From assembly GCA_965369445.1 (NCBI GenBank), contig CBDUQU010000002.1, forward strand, positions 1-58,499: 58,499 bases of DNA. Reading direction: 5' to 3'. Below are positions 46,850-55,475 of the stretch, one piece after another. Made by a program: the position numbers and the translations under genes. Source of the stretch: an uncultured bacterium (GTDB lineage Bacteria > Zixibacteria > MSB-5A5 > SM1-73). The notes beneath the pieces are model-generated. The model was given only the letters and a program-made list of their open reading frames with translations. It was not told the DNA's origin and did no database searches. How positions within the stretch are numbered: position 1 is the stretch's first letter; each line of letters starts with the position of its first letter.

Positions 46850-48115
46850 TTGGCGCAGTATTACCATGCTCATAAAGTAGTCTTGGACAAGTGTCGCGGA
46901 CACATGACCTGTATGCGTCACTGTCCTACCCAGGCCATTCGGGTAAGGGGAGGCAAAGCGGTCATATCCGAGGAACTGTGCGTCGATTGCGGCACCTGCA
47001 TCTCGGTGTGTCCTGCGGGAGCCATTGTCCCGATTACCGATGCGGTGGCGGAAATCTCTCATCTCAAATATAAGGTGGTAGTACCTTCGCCGGTGCTCTA
47101 TTCCCAGTTCGAATCCAACGTCCATCCATACATCATTCACCTAGCTTTCAAGAAGCTCGGTTTCGACGAGGTGGTGGACGTGGGCGCCTCATCGGCAGCA
47201 CTGGCCCGGACCCTGGTGAAGCATATGGAAAAATACCAGGGCCGGCTTCCCCTCATATCCTCTCACTGTCCTTCCGCGCTCAGGCTGATCCAGGTGAAGT
47301 ACCCTGACTTGGTCGAGCTGGTGATTCCGCTGGACGTGCCCAGGGAGGTGACCGCACGTGAGGTTAGAAAAAGTCTGCCGGCCAAACTGGGACTCAAGCC
47401 GGAGGATATCGGGATAATCTATGTAGCTCCCTGCCCGGCAAAGATCGTCTCTATCAAGCAGCCGGCTGAAAAGGCCAGATCCTGGTTCGACGGAGTGGTC
47501 TCCATTCAGGATGTCTATTCTATTCTGCTGCCCCAGGTCGTGGCCATAAAGGAGACCTTCAAGGAGAGCCAGGTGCCGGACGATTTCGCCTTCAATGCGG
47601 GTTGGGCCACGTTGGGAGGCATGGTCAGGGCGGTGCAGACGGAGAACTGGCTGGCCGTCTCGGGATCGGATCACGTGAAGATGATCTTAGACGATATCGA
47701 GAATTCGCGGCTGCGGAACGTCGATTTCGTGGAAGTCTTAGCCTGCATGTTGGGCTGCATCGGCGGAAGCCTCAACGTGGAGAACCCCTATGTGGCCCGA
47801 ACCAACAGCATAAAGCAAAGAGCCAGGTATGAAGACCGCATAAAAGTCGATGATGAGGATATCGACCGAAAGCTCAAAGAAGGGTACTATTTCCTGGAAA
47901 ATCCGATTCTGCCTCGTCCCACCAAATACTTCGACACCGACTTGGAGACCTCCATTAAGAGAATGAAGGAAAGGGAGAGGGTCTACCAGAAGCTTCGCCA
48001 GACCGACTGCGGGTGCTGCGGAGCACCCACCTGTATGGCCTTTGCCGAGGATTTCGTCAGGGGAGAGGTGGAACTTACCGATTGTATCTTCCTGGCACAG
48101 AAGGGTGAGGAATGA
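46850..48115 (+). CDS. [FeFe]-hydrogenase-like protein with a non-canonical H-cluster domain, putative sensory type
   Basis: TTG start. Fe-S motifs CRGHMTCMRHCP (CxxHxxCxxxCP) and CVDCGTCISVCP. H-domain-like motifs SSHCP, APCPAK and EVLACMLGCIGG. C-terminal CGCCGAPTC...C Fe-S motif. Confidence 0.7.
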   Translation: MAQYYHAHKVVLDKCRGHMTCMRHCPTQAIRVRGGKAVISEELCVDCGTCISVCPAGAIVPITDAVAEISHLKYKVVVPSPVLYSQFESNVHPYIIHLAFKKLGFDEVVDVGASSAALARTLVKHMEKYQGRLPLISSHCPSALRLIQVKYPDLVELVIPLDVPREVTAREVRKSLPAKLGLKPEDIGIIYVAPCPAKIVSIKQPAEKARSWFDGVVSIQDVYSILLPQVVAIKETFKESQVPDDFAFNAGWATLGGMVRAVQTENWLAVSGSDHVKMILDDIENSRLRNVDFVEVLACMLGCIGGSLNVENPYVARTNSIKQRARYEDRIKVDDEDIDRKLKEGYYFLENPILPRPTKYFDTDLETSIKRMKERERVYQKLRQTDCGCCGAPTCMAFAEDFVRGEVELTDCIFLAQKGEE

Positions 48116-48609
48116 CGAAAAAGCGGACCGTTCGGAAGAGGAGCGCAGGCGGCTCAAAGACGGCGGAGCGTTACGCCCGCATATTCTCCGAGTTCAGAGG
48201 CGACGAGGGCGACCTGATTCCCATCCTGCAGAAGACTCAGGAGAAGTTTGGATTCATCCCTAAAGAGGCGGTTAATCGCATCTCGCGATACTTAAAGATC
48301 TCGGAAAACCAGATCTACGGCGTGGCTTCGTTCTATTCACAGTTTCGCTTCACCGCGCCGGGCAGAAACTCGATCAAGGTCTGTTTAGGGACAGCCTGTC
48401 ACGTGCAGGGAGGGCAGATCCTGTGCGAGGCGGTGGAGAGGGAGCTCGACCTCAAGCCGGGTGAGACGACCGCAGACAGGCGATACGACTTGGAGAGAGT
48501 AGCTTGTCTGGGATGCTGCGCCCTGGCGCCGGTGATTCAGATCAACGAAGACATTTACAGCCGGATGACGGTGATTCGGTTGAAAGAAATCTTGGGCAAA
48601 TATGAGTGA
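48112..48609 (+). CDS. nuoE: NuoE/HydC-like [2Fe-2S] thioredoxin-fold subunit
   Basis: CLGTACHVQG...CLGCCALAP cluster motif. ATGA overlap with the upstream stop. Confidence 0.85.
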   Translation: MTKKRTVRKRSAGGSKTAERYARIFSEFRGDEGDLIPILQKTQEKFGFIPKEAVNRISRYLKISENQIYGVASFYSQFRFTAPGRNSIKVCLGTACHVQGGQILCEAVERELDLKPGETTADRRYDLERVACLGCCALAPVIQINEDIYSRMTVIRLKEILGKYE

Positions 48610-50506
48610 TTTCGAGAAGAAAAGAAAACAGGCTCAGAAGAAATGGGATCTGCTCAAGAGCAGTAAGATCCCGGTAATCTACCTGGGCACCGCTTCCTGC
48701 GGCAGGGCTGCCGGCGCTATGGAGGTCCTTGGGTCCGTCCGGGAGACTTTGAAAAAGAACCGGCTGAAAGCCAAGATCGTCCAGGTGGGGTGCATCGGAC
48801 CCTGTTACTTGGAACCGCTGATGGACATAGCGGTGCCGGGCCAGCCGCGAATAAGCTACGCCAATATGAACCAGCATAAGGCCAAGCGAGTGATAGAATC
48901 CTACCTGAAGAAAGGTGACCCGTTCCTACAGTTCGCTGTGGGGCATTTCGGAGAGAAGGAGTGGCAGTCGGGCAACGGGATTCCCAGGTTCTTCGACCTT
49001 CCCATGCTTAAGCCCCAGGTGAGGGTGGTGCTTAGAAACTGCGGGTTTATCGATCCGGAGGAGATCGACCACTACATAGCCACCAAGGGATACGAAGGCA
49101 TCATGAATGCCTTCAGGAAAGGCCCCCGGGCGGTAATCGAGGAGGTTAAGGAGGCCGGGCTCCGCGGAAGGGGGGGAGCGGGATTTCCCACCTACAAGAA
49201 GTGGGAGATATGCCGGAGCGCTCCAGGTGAGACGAAATATATGATCTGCAATGCTGATGAGGGGGATCCGGGGGCATTCATGAACCGGTCCCTGATTGAA
49301 GGCGATCCACACTCGGTTCTTGAAGGGATGCTGATTGCCGCATATGCCATCGGCGCTTCGCTCGGGTACATTTATATAAGGGCGGAATATCCCCTGGCCA
49401 TCGCTCGTCTGAGAAAAGCCATTGCCCAAATGACCGATTACGGCTTCTTGGGCAAGAACATTCAGAACTCAGGCTTCGACTTTGACATCAACATAAAGGA
49501 AGGGGCGGGTGCCTTCGTCTGCGGTGAGGAGACCGCGCTTATAGGTTCTATTGAAGGTAAACGCGGCATGCCCAGATCCCGACCGCCGTTTCCTGCAGTG
49601 TCGGGCCTGAACGGAAAGCCTACCATCATCAATAACGTGGAGACTCTGGGAACCCTTCCCAATATCCTGAGAAACGGGGCGGGATGGTACAAACAGTACG
49701 GCACCCAGGGGAACCATGGCACCAAGACCTTTTCCCTGGTGGGAAAGATACGCCGTTCGGGCTTAATCGAGGTGCCGCTGGGAATGACGCTGAGGAAGAT
49801 CATATTCGACATAGGGGGCGGTTCGGCAAAACCCTTCAAGGCGGTTCAGACAGGTGGTCCCTCCGGGGGATGTCTCTCCGAGGAATTCTTAGACACGCCC
49901 ATAGATTATGAATCCCTGGACGCGGCCGGTTCCATTATGGGATCCGGGGGTCTGATCGTGATGGACGAGGACACCTGTGTGGTGGACCTGGCCCGCTATT
50001 TCCTCGACTTCACCCAGAAGGAATCCTGCGGCAAATGCTCTCCCTGCCGGGTGGGGAGCAGGCATATGGTGGAGATCTTAGAGAGGATCACCAGGGGAGA
50101 AGGAGAGCCGGAAGATCTGCCAAAGCTTAAGGCCTTAGGGGAAACGATGAAAAGAGGCTCGCTCTGTGGCCTGGGCCAGACCGCTCCTAATCCGGTTCTG
50201 ACCACCCTGCGCTACTTCCGGCCGGAGTATCTCTTGCACGTCAAGGAGAAGCACTGTCCGGCCACTGTGTGCAACGAGCTTATCGAATACCGGGTGATCC
50301 CGGAGAAATGTACCGGATGCCAGCGCTGCGTGAATGTCTGTCCCACCGGCGCCATAACCGGACCCAGGGCGGAACCACACAACCTGGATCCGTCCAAGTG
50401 CATCAAGTGCCGAGCCTGCTATGAGATCTGCCGCTTCGACGCCATAGCTGGCGACGCCATTATCATCAGATCCAAACGGAGAACCTCTGATGAGCAAACG
50501 GAGTGA
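48602..50506 (+). CDS. nuoF: NuoF/HydB-like NAD(H)- and FMN-binding flavoprotein with extra Fe-S domains
   Basis: GRGGAGFPTYKKWE and CGKCSPCRVG (N3-type). C-terminal CTGCQRCVNVCP and CIKCRACYEICR. N-terminal thioredoxin-like [2Fe-2S] region. Confidence 0.9.
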   Translation: MSDFEKKRKQAQKKWDLLKSSKIPVIYLGTASCGRAAGAMEVLGSVRETLKKNRLKAKIVQVGCIGPCYLEPLMDIAVPGQPRISYANMNQHKAKRVIESYLKKGDPFLQFAVGHFGEKEWQSGNGIPRFFDLPMLKPQVRVVLRNCGFIDPEEIDHYIATKGYEGIMNAFRKGPRAVIEEVKEAGLRGRGGAGFPTYKKWEICRSAPGETKYMICNADEGDPGAFMNRSLIEGDPHSVLEGMLIAAYAIGASLGYIYIRAEYPLAIARLRKAIAQMTDYGFLGKNIQNSGFDFDINIKEGAGAFVCGEETALIGSIEGKRGMPRSRPPFPAVSGLNGKPTIINNVETLGTLPNILRNGAGWYKQYGTQGNHGTKTFSLVGKIRRSGLIEVPLGMTLRKIIFDIGGGSAKPFKAVQTGGPSGGCLSEEFLDTPIDYESLDAAGSIMGSGGLIVMDEDTCVVDLARYFLDFTQKESCGKCSPCRVGSRHMVEILERITRGEGEPEDLPKLKALGETMKRGSLCGLGQTAPNPVLTTLRYFRPEYLLHVKEKHCPATVCNELIEYRVIPEKCTGCQRCVNVCPTGAITGPRAEPHNLDPSKCIKCRACYEICRFDAIAGDAIIIRSKRRTSDEQTE

Positions 50507-53018
50507 GACCGTTAGCATAAACATCGATAATTCGCCCTTTGAAGTAGAAAAAGGGCTGACCATCCTTGAGGCTGCAGAGTTAAACGACATCTACATCCCC
50601 ACGCTGTGTGCCCATAAGGATCTGACACCCTTTGGAGGCTGCCGGATGTGCATTGTGGAGGTGGAGGGGATGCGGGGCCTGCCCACCTCCTGTACCACGC
50701 CGGTAGAGGAGGGGATGATCATAAGAACTCACACCGCTCAGGTTCAGGCGGAGAGGAAGGAGATTCTGCAACTGATCTTAAGCGAACATACCTCCAGCTG
50801 CCTGATCTGCGAGGAGAGCGACGAGTGCAAGGAATACATGGGCACCGTCCGCAAGGCCGGCGTGACCACGGGATGCCGGTACTGTCCCAACGACGGAAAG
50901 TGCGAGCTGCAGGACGTGGTGGAGAAGATGGAGATCAAGGAGATCGGCTACCCGGTCTACTACCGTGGGCTGCGGGTGGAAAAGGATGATCCCTTTTATG
51001 ACCGGGACTATAACCTGTGCATCCTATGCGGAAGATGCATCCGGATGTGCCAGGAGATTCGCACGGCCAACACCTTGGCTTTCAAGCAAAGGGGACGTTA
51101 CACGGTGATCGGTCCGGCTTACGAACGGACTCACCTGGAGGCTGGCTGCGAATTCTGCGGAGCCTGCGTGTCGGTTTGCCCCACCGGAGCTCTCTCAGAG
51201 AAGGTCAGTAAATGGGAGGGAAAACCGGATCGGGAACAGACAACTACCTGTCCCTTCTGCGGGGTGGGATGCCAGATTCGATTGCAGGTAAAAGGGACCG
51301 AGATCATCGGCAGCCTGCCGGAGCAGGACACTCTGATAAATAATGGACAGCTTTGCGTGAAAGGGAGGTTCTGCGTTGCCGAGGTGGTGAACAACCACCG
51401 GCGCTTGAGGCGGTCCTACAGAACCCAGAACAATACCAGGGTGGAGCTCTCCTGGGAGGAGGCCGTCGAGTTAACGGTCGAGAGGCTTTCAGCCTGCTCG
51501 GGCGAAGACTTTAGTATGCTGGTCTCGCCGAACTGTTCTAACGAAGATTTGTACGTCGCTCAGAAATTTGCCAGGGTTGTGATGGGCTCACATGATATCG
51601 ATACTTCTTCAAGAACATTCTACGCAGCCAGCCTCAATGCCTACCTTAACCTCACGCAGATGGCTGTCACACTATCCGACCTTCGGAAAGCTTCGGTCAT
51701 CCTGTGCCTGGGGCTGGATACCAGGTTCAGCCGATCGGTGGTGGGTGTGGAGCTGCGAAAAGCGATCGCAAGGGGAGCGAAGGTTGTGACCATTAACCCG
51801 CGCCATCACAGCCTCTCGGTGATCGCGGAGAAGTGGATTCAGCCAGCTTTCGGCACGGAACTCAGTCTGTTTGATTACCTTGTGAAGTTGACCCAGAAGA
51901 AGGCGAAGCCTTCGCGGGCCGGCTCGAAGGCAGCCGTAAAAAGCCTCGATGGTGAGTTGTCAGAGGTGGCCGAAATGCTGAAAGAGGCCTCTGCTTGCGT
52001 GATCCTGGTGGGTTCGGAGTTTCTGCAGTGTGACGAAAGCCCGCGAATTCTTGAGTGCGTCGAGAAGATAGCGCAAAATGTGGGCGCCGGAGTTCTTCCG
52101 TTGCCGGCTCAGAACAACCTTTTCGGTTCCATTCTCATGGGGACGTACCCCGAACTCCTGCCAGGCGGACTCTCCTCCGGAAAGAGGAAGATGATCGAAG
52201 AGCTGAAGAGAAAATGGCGGGCGGACGTACCCTATTTCACTTCTCGAATGAGCCGAGAGATCTTTGCGCCCAAGAAGAGACTAAAAGTGCTTTACCTGGT
52301 GGGAGAGGTTCCGGCAGATACTCTTCCTGAGTCTGAGTTCCTGATCGTCCAGAACATGTATCCCCCTGATCCCTGGCATGCAGCTGATCTGGCCCTGCCG
52401 ACGGCCTCCTTCGCGGAGGTGGACGGGACGTTCATCAATGGAGAGGGACGAGTCCAGCGGGTTCGAAAGGCGGTAGATCCTCCGGGTGAGGCCCTGCCCG
52501 ACTGGGAGATACTCTGCCGGATCGCCCGGAAGATGGGGAAGAAGGGTTTTGATTTCTCCAGCGCGCGCAAGGTTCATAAGGAGATATCCAGCCTGGTGAG
52601 AAGATTCGGGAACTTTGACAAGCCCTCTCGTAAAGCCACCCCGTTGACATGCGAAGTAGAGTTGTTCATCCCCAAGGCTAAGTCCAGAAGGATGAAGAAA
52701 ACAGACAAGAGGTTTCCGTTTCTTCTTAACACTTCGATGATTGAGCACACGTACCGCGGTTTCCCGCTGTCGACCTGGGTGGAGGGAGCAAGGGTGCTGT
52801 TTCCCGAAGGGGTTCTGCATGTGAACTCAGCGGATGCTAAGAAAACCAGGATATCCGAGGGTGATGAGGCAGTGGTAACCTCGGCTGATTTCGAGAGGAC
52901 GTGGCCTGTTAGAATCGTCAGCGAACAGCCGGAAGGGACGCTGCACGTGACGCTGCATCAGGGTGAATCGGTTGGACCTAACCCTCATCGGGTGAGAATA
53001 AGGAAGAAGAATGTTTAA
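50490..53018 (+). CDS. NuoG-like Fe-S subunit fused to a formate-dehydrogenase-like molybdopterin domain lacking the catalytic Cys/Sec
   Basis: [2Fe-2S] CAHK..GGCRMC, His-ligated HTSSCLICEESDEC, two ferredoxin motifs, then TCPFCGVGCQI...LCVKGRF. At the position of FdhF CARVUH it reads SSRTFY. Confidence 0.8.
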   Translation: MSKRSETVSINIDNSPFEVEKGLTILEAAELNDIYIPTLCAHKDLTPFGGCRMCIVEVEGMRGLPTSCTTPVEEGMIIRTHTAQVQAERKEILQLILSEHTSSCLICEESDECKEYMGTVRKAGVTTGCRYCPNDGKCELQDVVEKMEIKEIGYPVYYRGLRVEKDDPFYDRDYNLCILCGRCIRMCQEIRTANTLAFKQRGRYTVIGPAYERTHLEAGCEFCGACVSVCPTGALSEKVSKWEGKPDREQTTTCPFCGVGCQIRLQVKGTEIIGSLPEQDTLINNGQLCVKGRFCVAEVVNNHRRLRRSYRTQNNTRVELSWEEAVELTVERLSACSGEDFSMLVSPNCSNEDLYVAQKFARVVMGSHDIDTSSRTFYAASLNAYLNLTQMAVTLSDLRKASVILCLGLDTRFSRSVVGVELRKAIARGAKVVTINPRHHSLSVIAEKWIQPAFGTELSLFDYLVKLTQKKAKPSRAGSKAAVKSLDGELSEVAEMLKEASACVILVGSEFLQCDESPRILECVEKIAQNVGAGVLPLPAQNNLFGSILMGTYPELLPGGLSSGKRKMIEELKRKWRADVPYFTSRMSREIFAPKKRLKVLYLVGEVPADTLPESEFLIVQNMYPPDPWHAADLALPTASFAEVDGTFINGEGRVQRVRKAVDPPGEALPDWEILCRIARKMGKKGFDFSSARKVHKEISSLVRRFGNFDKPSRKATPLTCEVELFIPKAKSRRMKKTDKRFPFLLNTSMIEHTYRGFPLSTWVEGARVLFPEGVLHVNSADAKKTRISEGDEAVVTSADFERTWPVRIVSEQPEGTLHVTLHQGESVGPNPHRVRIRKKNV

Positions 53019-53853
53019 GCTGATCGAAAACCGGATGATTGTGCCTAATATGCACCTGCTGACGCTGGAGGCACCGGAGGTTGTCCGCCAGATGCAGCCG
53101 GGGCAGTTCGTGATCGTGCGAGCCGATGATGGAGGCGAGAGAATACCTCTCTCCATCGCTGACTGGGATGCAGAAGAAGGAACAGTTACCGTCATCGTGA
53201 TGAACATAGGAAGCACCACCGACCGTCTGGCATCACTTACTGCCGGAGTGAGCCTCCCCACCGTGGTGGGGCCATTGGGCAATCCAACGGAGATCGAAAA
53301 GTTCGGCACGGTCCTCTGTCTCGGTGGATGTTACGGGATCGGGAGCATCTTCCCCATCGCCCGGGCGCTGAAGGAGAAAGGGAACAAAGTTATCACGGTC
53401 ATCGAGGCCAGAAGCTCATATCTTCTCTTCTGGGAGGAGAGGCTAAAAGAAGTCTCCGACGAGCTCATCTGCATCACCCGGGACGGGACGAAGGGACACA
53501 AAGGACACGTGGGAAGGCTCACCGAGATCATAAAATCGTCTGACAAGCCGGTCGATCGGATCATCGTCAACGGCTGCACCTTCCTTTTGAAGAGAGGGTC
53601 GGACATGAGCCGGCCGCTGGAGATAAAGACGATAGTCAGCTTGAATCCGATTATGATCGACGGCACGGGAATGTGTGGGGTATGCCGGGTCACGGTGGGA
53701 AAGACCACCAGATTCGCCTGCGTGCACGGCCCGGACTTTGACGGACATGAGGTGGATTGGAAGGAGCTTTTGCAGCGGCGTAAGACTTACATGCGCGAAG
53801 AAGTGATTCCGCTGAGGACAAGCCGGTGTGAACAACACCGTGTCAAATTGTAG
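53011..53853 (+). CDS. nfnA: NfnA/SudB-type FAD/NAD(P)-binding [2Fe-2S] subunit (PyrK-like)
   Basis: QPGQFVIVR, ERIPLSIAD, GGCYGIGSIFPIARAL, and C-terminal GMCGVCRV...FACVHGPDF. Confidence 0.85.
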   Translation: MFKLIENRMIVPNMHLLTLEAPEVVRQMQPGQFVIVRADDGGERIPLSIADWDAEEGTVTVIVMNIGSTTDRLASLTAGVSLPTVVGPLGNPTEIEKFGTVLCLGGCYGIGSIFPIARALKEKGNKVITVIEARSSYLLFWEERLKEVSDELICITRDGTKGHKGHVGRLTEIIKSSDKPVDRIIVNGCTFLLKRGSDMSRPLEIKTIVSLNPIMIDGTGMCGVCRVTVGKTTRFACVHGPDFDGHEVDWKELLQRRKTYMREEVIPLRTSRCEQHRVKL

Positions 53854-53854
53854 T

Positions 53855-55267
53855 ATGCCTGTTATGCCAAAGCCGCAGAAGAAGAAATTGGATTTGAACA
53901 GAAGGGATATGCCCAAGCAGCCGCCTGAGGTGAGGAGGCATAATTTCAACGAGGTGGCGTTGGGTTATACTCCGGAAACTGCAATCGAGGAAGCCAAGCG
54001 ATGCCTGCAGTGCAAAAAGCCCAAGTGTGTCGCTCAGTGCCCGGTGGAGATAGACATTCCCGGGTTCATCAAGTGCATTGCAGAAGGAGACTTCGCCACA
54101 GGAACCAGGATACTAAAGGATAAAAACTGTCTACCCGCGATGTGCGGCCGGGTCTGCCCCCAGGAGGAGCAGTGCGAAGAGGTATGCGTTCTGGTTAAGA
54201 AAGGTGGGCAGATCGCGGTGGGCAGGCTGGAGCGGTTCCTGGCAGACTGGGAGGGAGAGCAAAGCGAGCCTGAGACGCCGAAGATGCCGCGATCAACCGG
54301 AAGAAAGGTCGGTGTCGTGGGAGGAGGACCTGCCGGACTCACCGTGGCCAGTGATCTGATAAAATTGGGACACCAGGTGACCATCTTCGAGGCGCTGCAT
54401 GAGGTGGGAGGGGTGCTAATCTATGGCATCCCGGAGTTCAGGCTTCCCAAGGTCATCGTGCACCGGGAGGTTGAGTATCTCCAGAAGCTGGGTGTGGATG
54501 TGGTGACCGACTATGTTGTCGGCAAGACCAGAAGCGTGGACAGTCTTTTGGAGGAATATGACGCCATGTTCATCGGCTCGGGCGCCGGGCTTCCCTGGTT
54601 TATGGACGTTCCCGGTGAGAATCTAAACGGCGTCTACTCGGCCAACGAATACCTCACCAGGATGAACCTGATGAAGGGTTTCCTCTTCCCCGACTACCAC
54701 ACTCCCGTCAAGGAGCACAAGAGGGTTGCGGTGATGGGGGGTGGGAACGTGGCCATGGACTGCGCCAGAACCGCTCTAAGGCTGGGGGCAGAGGCCAGGA
54801 TCATCTACCGAAGATCCAGACAGGAACTGCCGGCGCGCTTGGAAGAGATAGAGAATGCTGAGGAGGAGGGGGTGATCTTCGATTTCCTGACTCTTCCCAT
54901 CAAGTATATCGGGGATGAGAATGGGTGGTTGAAGGAGATCGAATGCCTGAAGATGAAGCTGGGTGAACCGGATGACTCCGGAAGAAGACGACCTGTTCCC
55001 ATAGAAGGTTCTGAATATAGAGTCCCCATGGACGCGGTGGTATGCGCCATCGGCAACAGCCCCAACCCCCTGGTTCCCGCCGCCACTCCCGGACTGGAGG
55101 TGGGCAAGAGGGGAAACATCGTGGCGGACGAGGAGACCGGCAAGACCTCCCGGGATCGAATCTGGGCTGGCGGCGACGTGGTCACCGGAGCCGCAACTGT
55201 TATCCAAGCCATGGGCGCCGGGAGAAAAGCTGCCAGATCTATCCACGAGTATCTCTGCTCTCTCTAA
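53855..55267 (+). CDS. nfnB: NfnB/SudA/GltD-type NADPH-dependent oxidoreductase, glutamate synthase small-subunit-like
   Basis: CLQCKKPKCVAQCP, GRVCPQEEQCEEVC, VGVVGGGPAGL, VAVMGGGNVAMD. The ATG at 53855 lies just after the nfnA stop. The ORF track starts at 53828. Confidence 0.85.
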   Translation: MPVMPKPQKKKLDLNRRDMPKQPPEVRRHNFNEVALGYTPETAIEEAKRCLQCKKPKCVAQCPVEIDIPGFIKCIAEGDFATGTRILKDKNCLPAMCGRVCPQEEQCEEVCVLVKKGGQIAVGRLERFLADWEGEQSEPETPKMPRSTGRKVGVVGGGPAGLTVASDLIKLGHQVTIFEALHEVGGVLIYGIPEFRLPKVIVHREVEYLQKLGVDVVTDYVVGKTRSVDSLLEEYDAMFIGSGAGLPWFMDVPGENLNGVYSANEYLTRMNLMKGFLFPDYHTPVKEHKRVAVMGGGNVAMDCARTALRLGAEARIIYRRSRQELPARLEEIENAEEEGVIFDFLTLPIKYIGDENGWLKEIECLKMKLGEPDDSGRRRPVPIEGSEYRVPMDAVVCAIGNSPNPLVPAATPGLEVGKRGNIVADEETGKTSRDRIWAGGDVVTGAATVIQAMGAGRKAARSIHEYLCSL

Positions 55268-55352
55268 ATAAATCCCATACAATTCACTGTTCTCCGACGC
55301 TTGCGAGAGACGAGTCTGTCTGGTCCGCTCCAGACTCAAAAGATCAAGCGCC

Positions 55353-55381
55353 TTGACACACACCCGCCGCTGGCTTATTTT
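55353..55381 (+). promoter_or_regulatory. Putative promoter of the MFS gene
   Basis: TTGACA, 17-nt spacer, TATTTT. Confidence 0.3.
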
Positions 55382-55475
55382 ACGCCGGTGAGTTAGAAGC
55401 TGTGATGCCTGCCGTCGATGCGGAAGCTATTGGTGCCGCACAACTTTTTCACCTTTCTTTGAGTATATACAGATT

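Noticed and set aside
45551-47140. 529-aa ORF on the minus strand, the longest minus-strand ORF in this region
   Set aside because: It lies antisense to three + strand genes with clear domain signatures (DRTGG, DRTGG-kinase, hydrogenase-like). Its translation is low-complexity and rich in His, Gly, Arg and Leu, with no motifs.
50490-53018. Calling this subunit a functional formate dehydrogenase alpha subunit
   Set aside because: The Mo-bisPGD-type domain is present, but the residues aligning with FdhF Sec140/His141 are Phe and Tyr. It is better described as NuoG-like and non-catalytic until shown otherwise.
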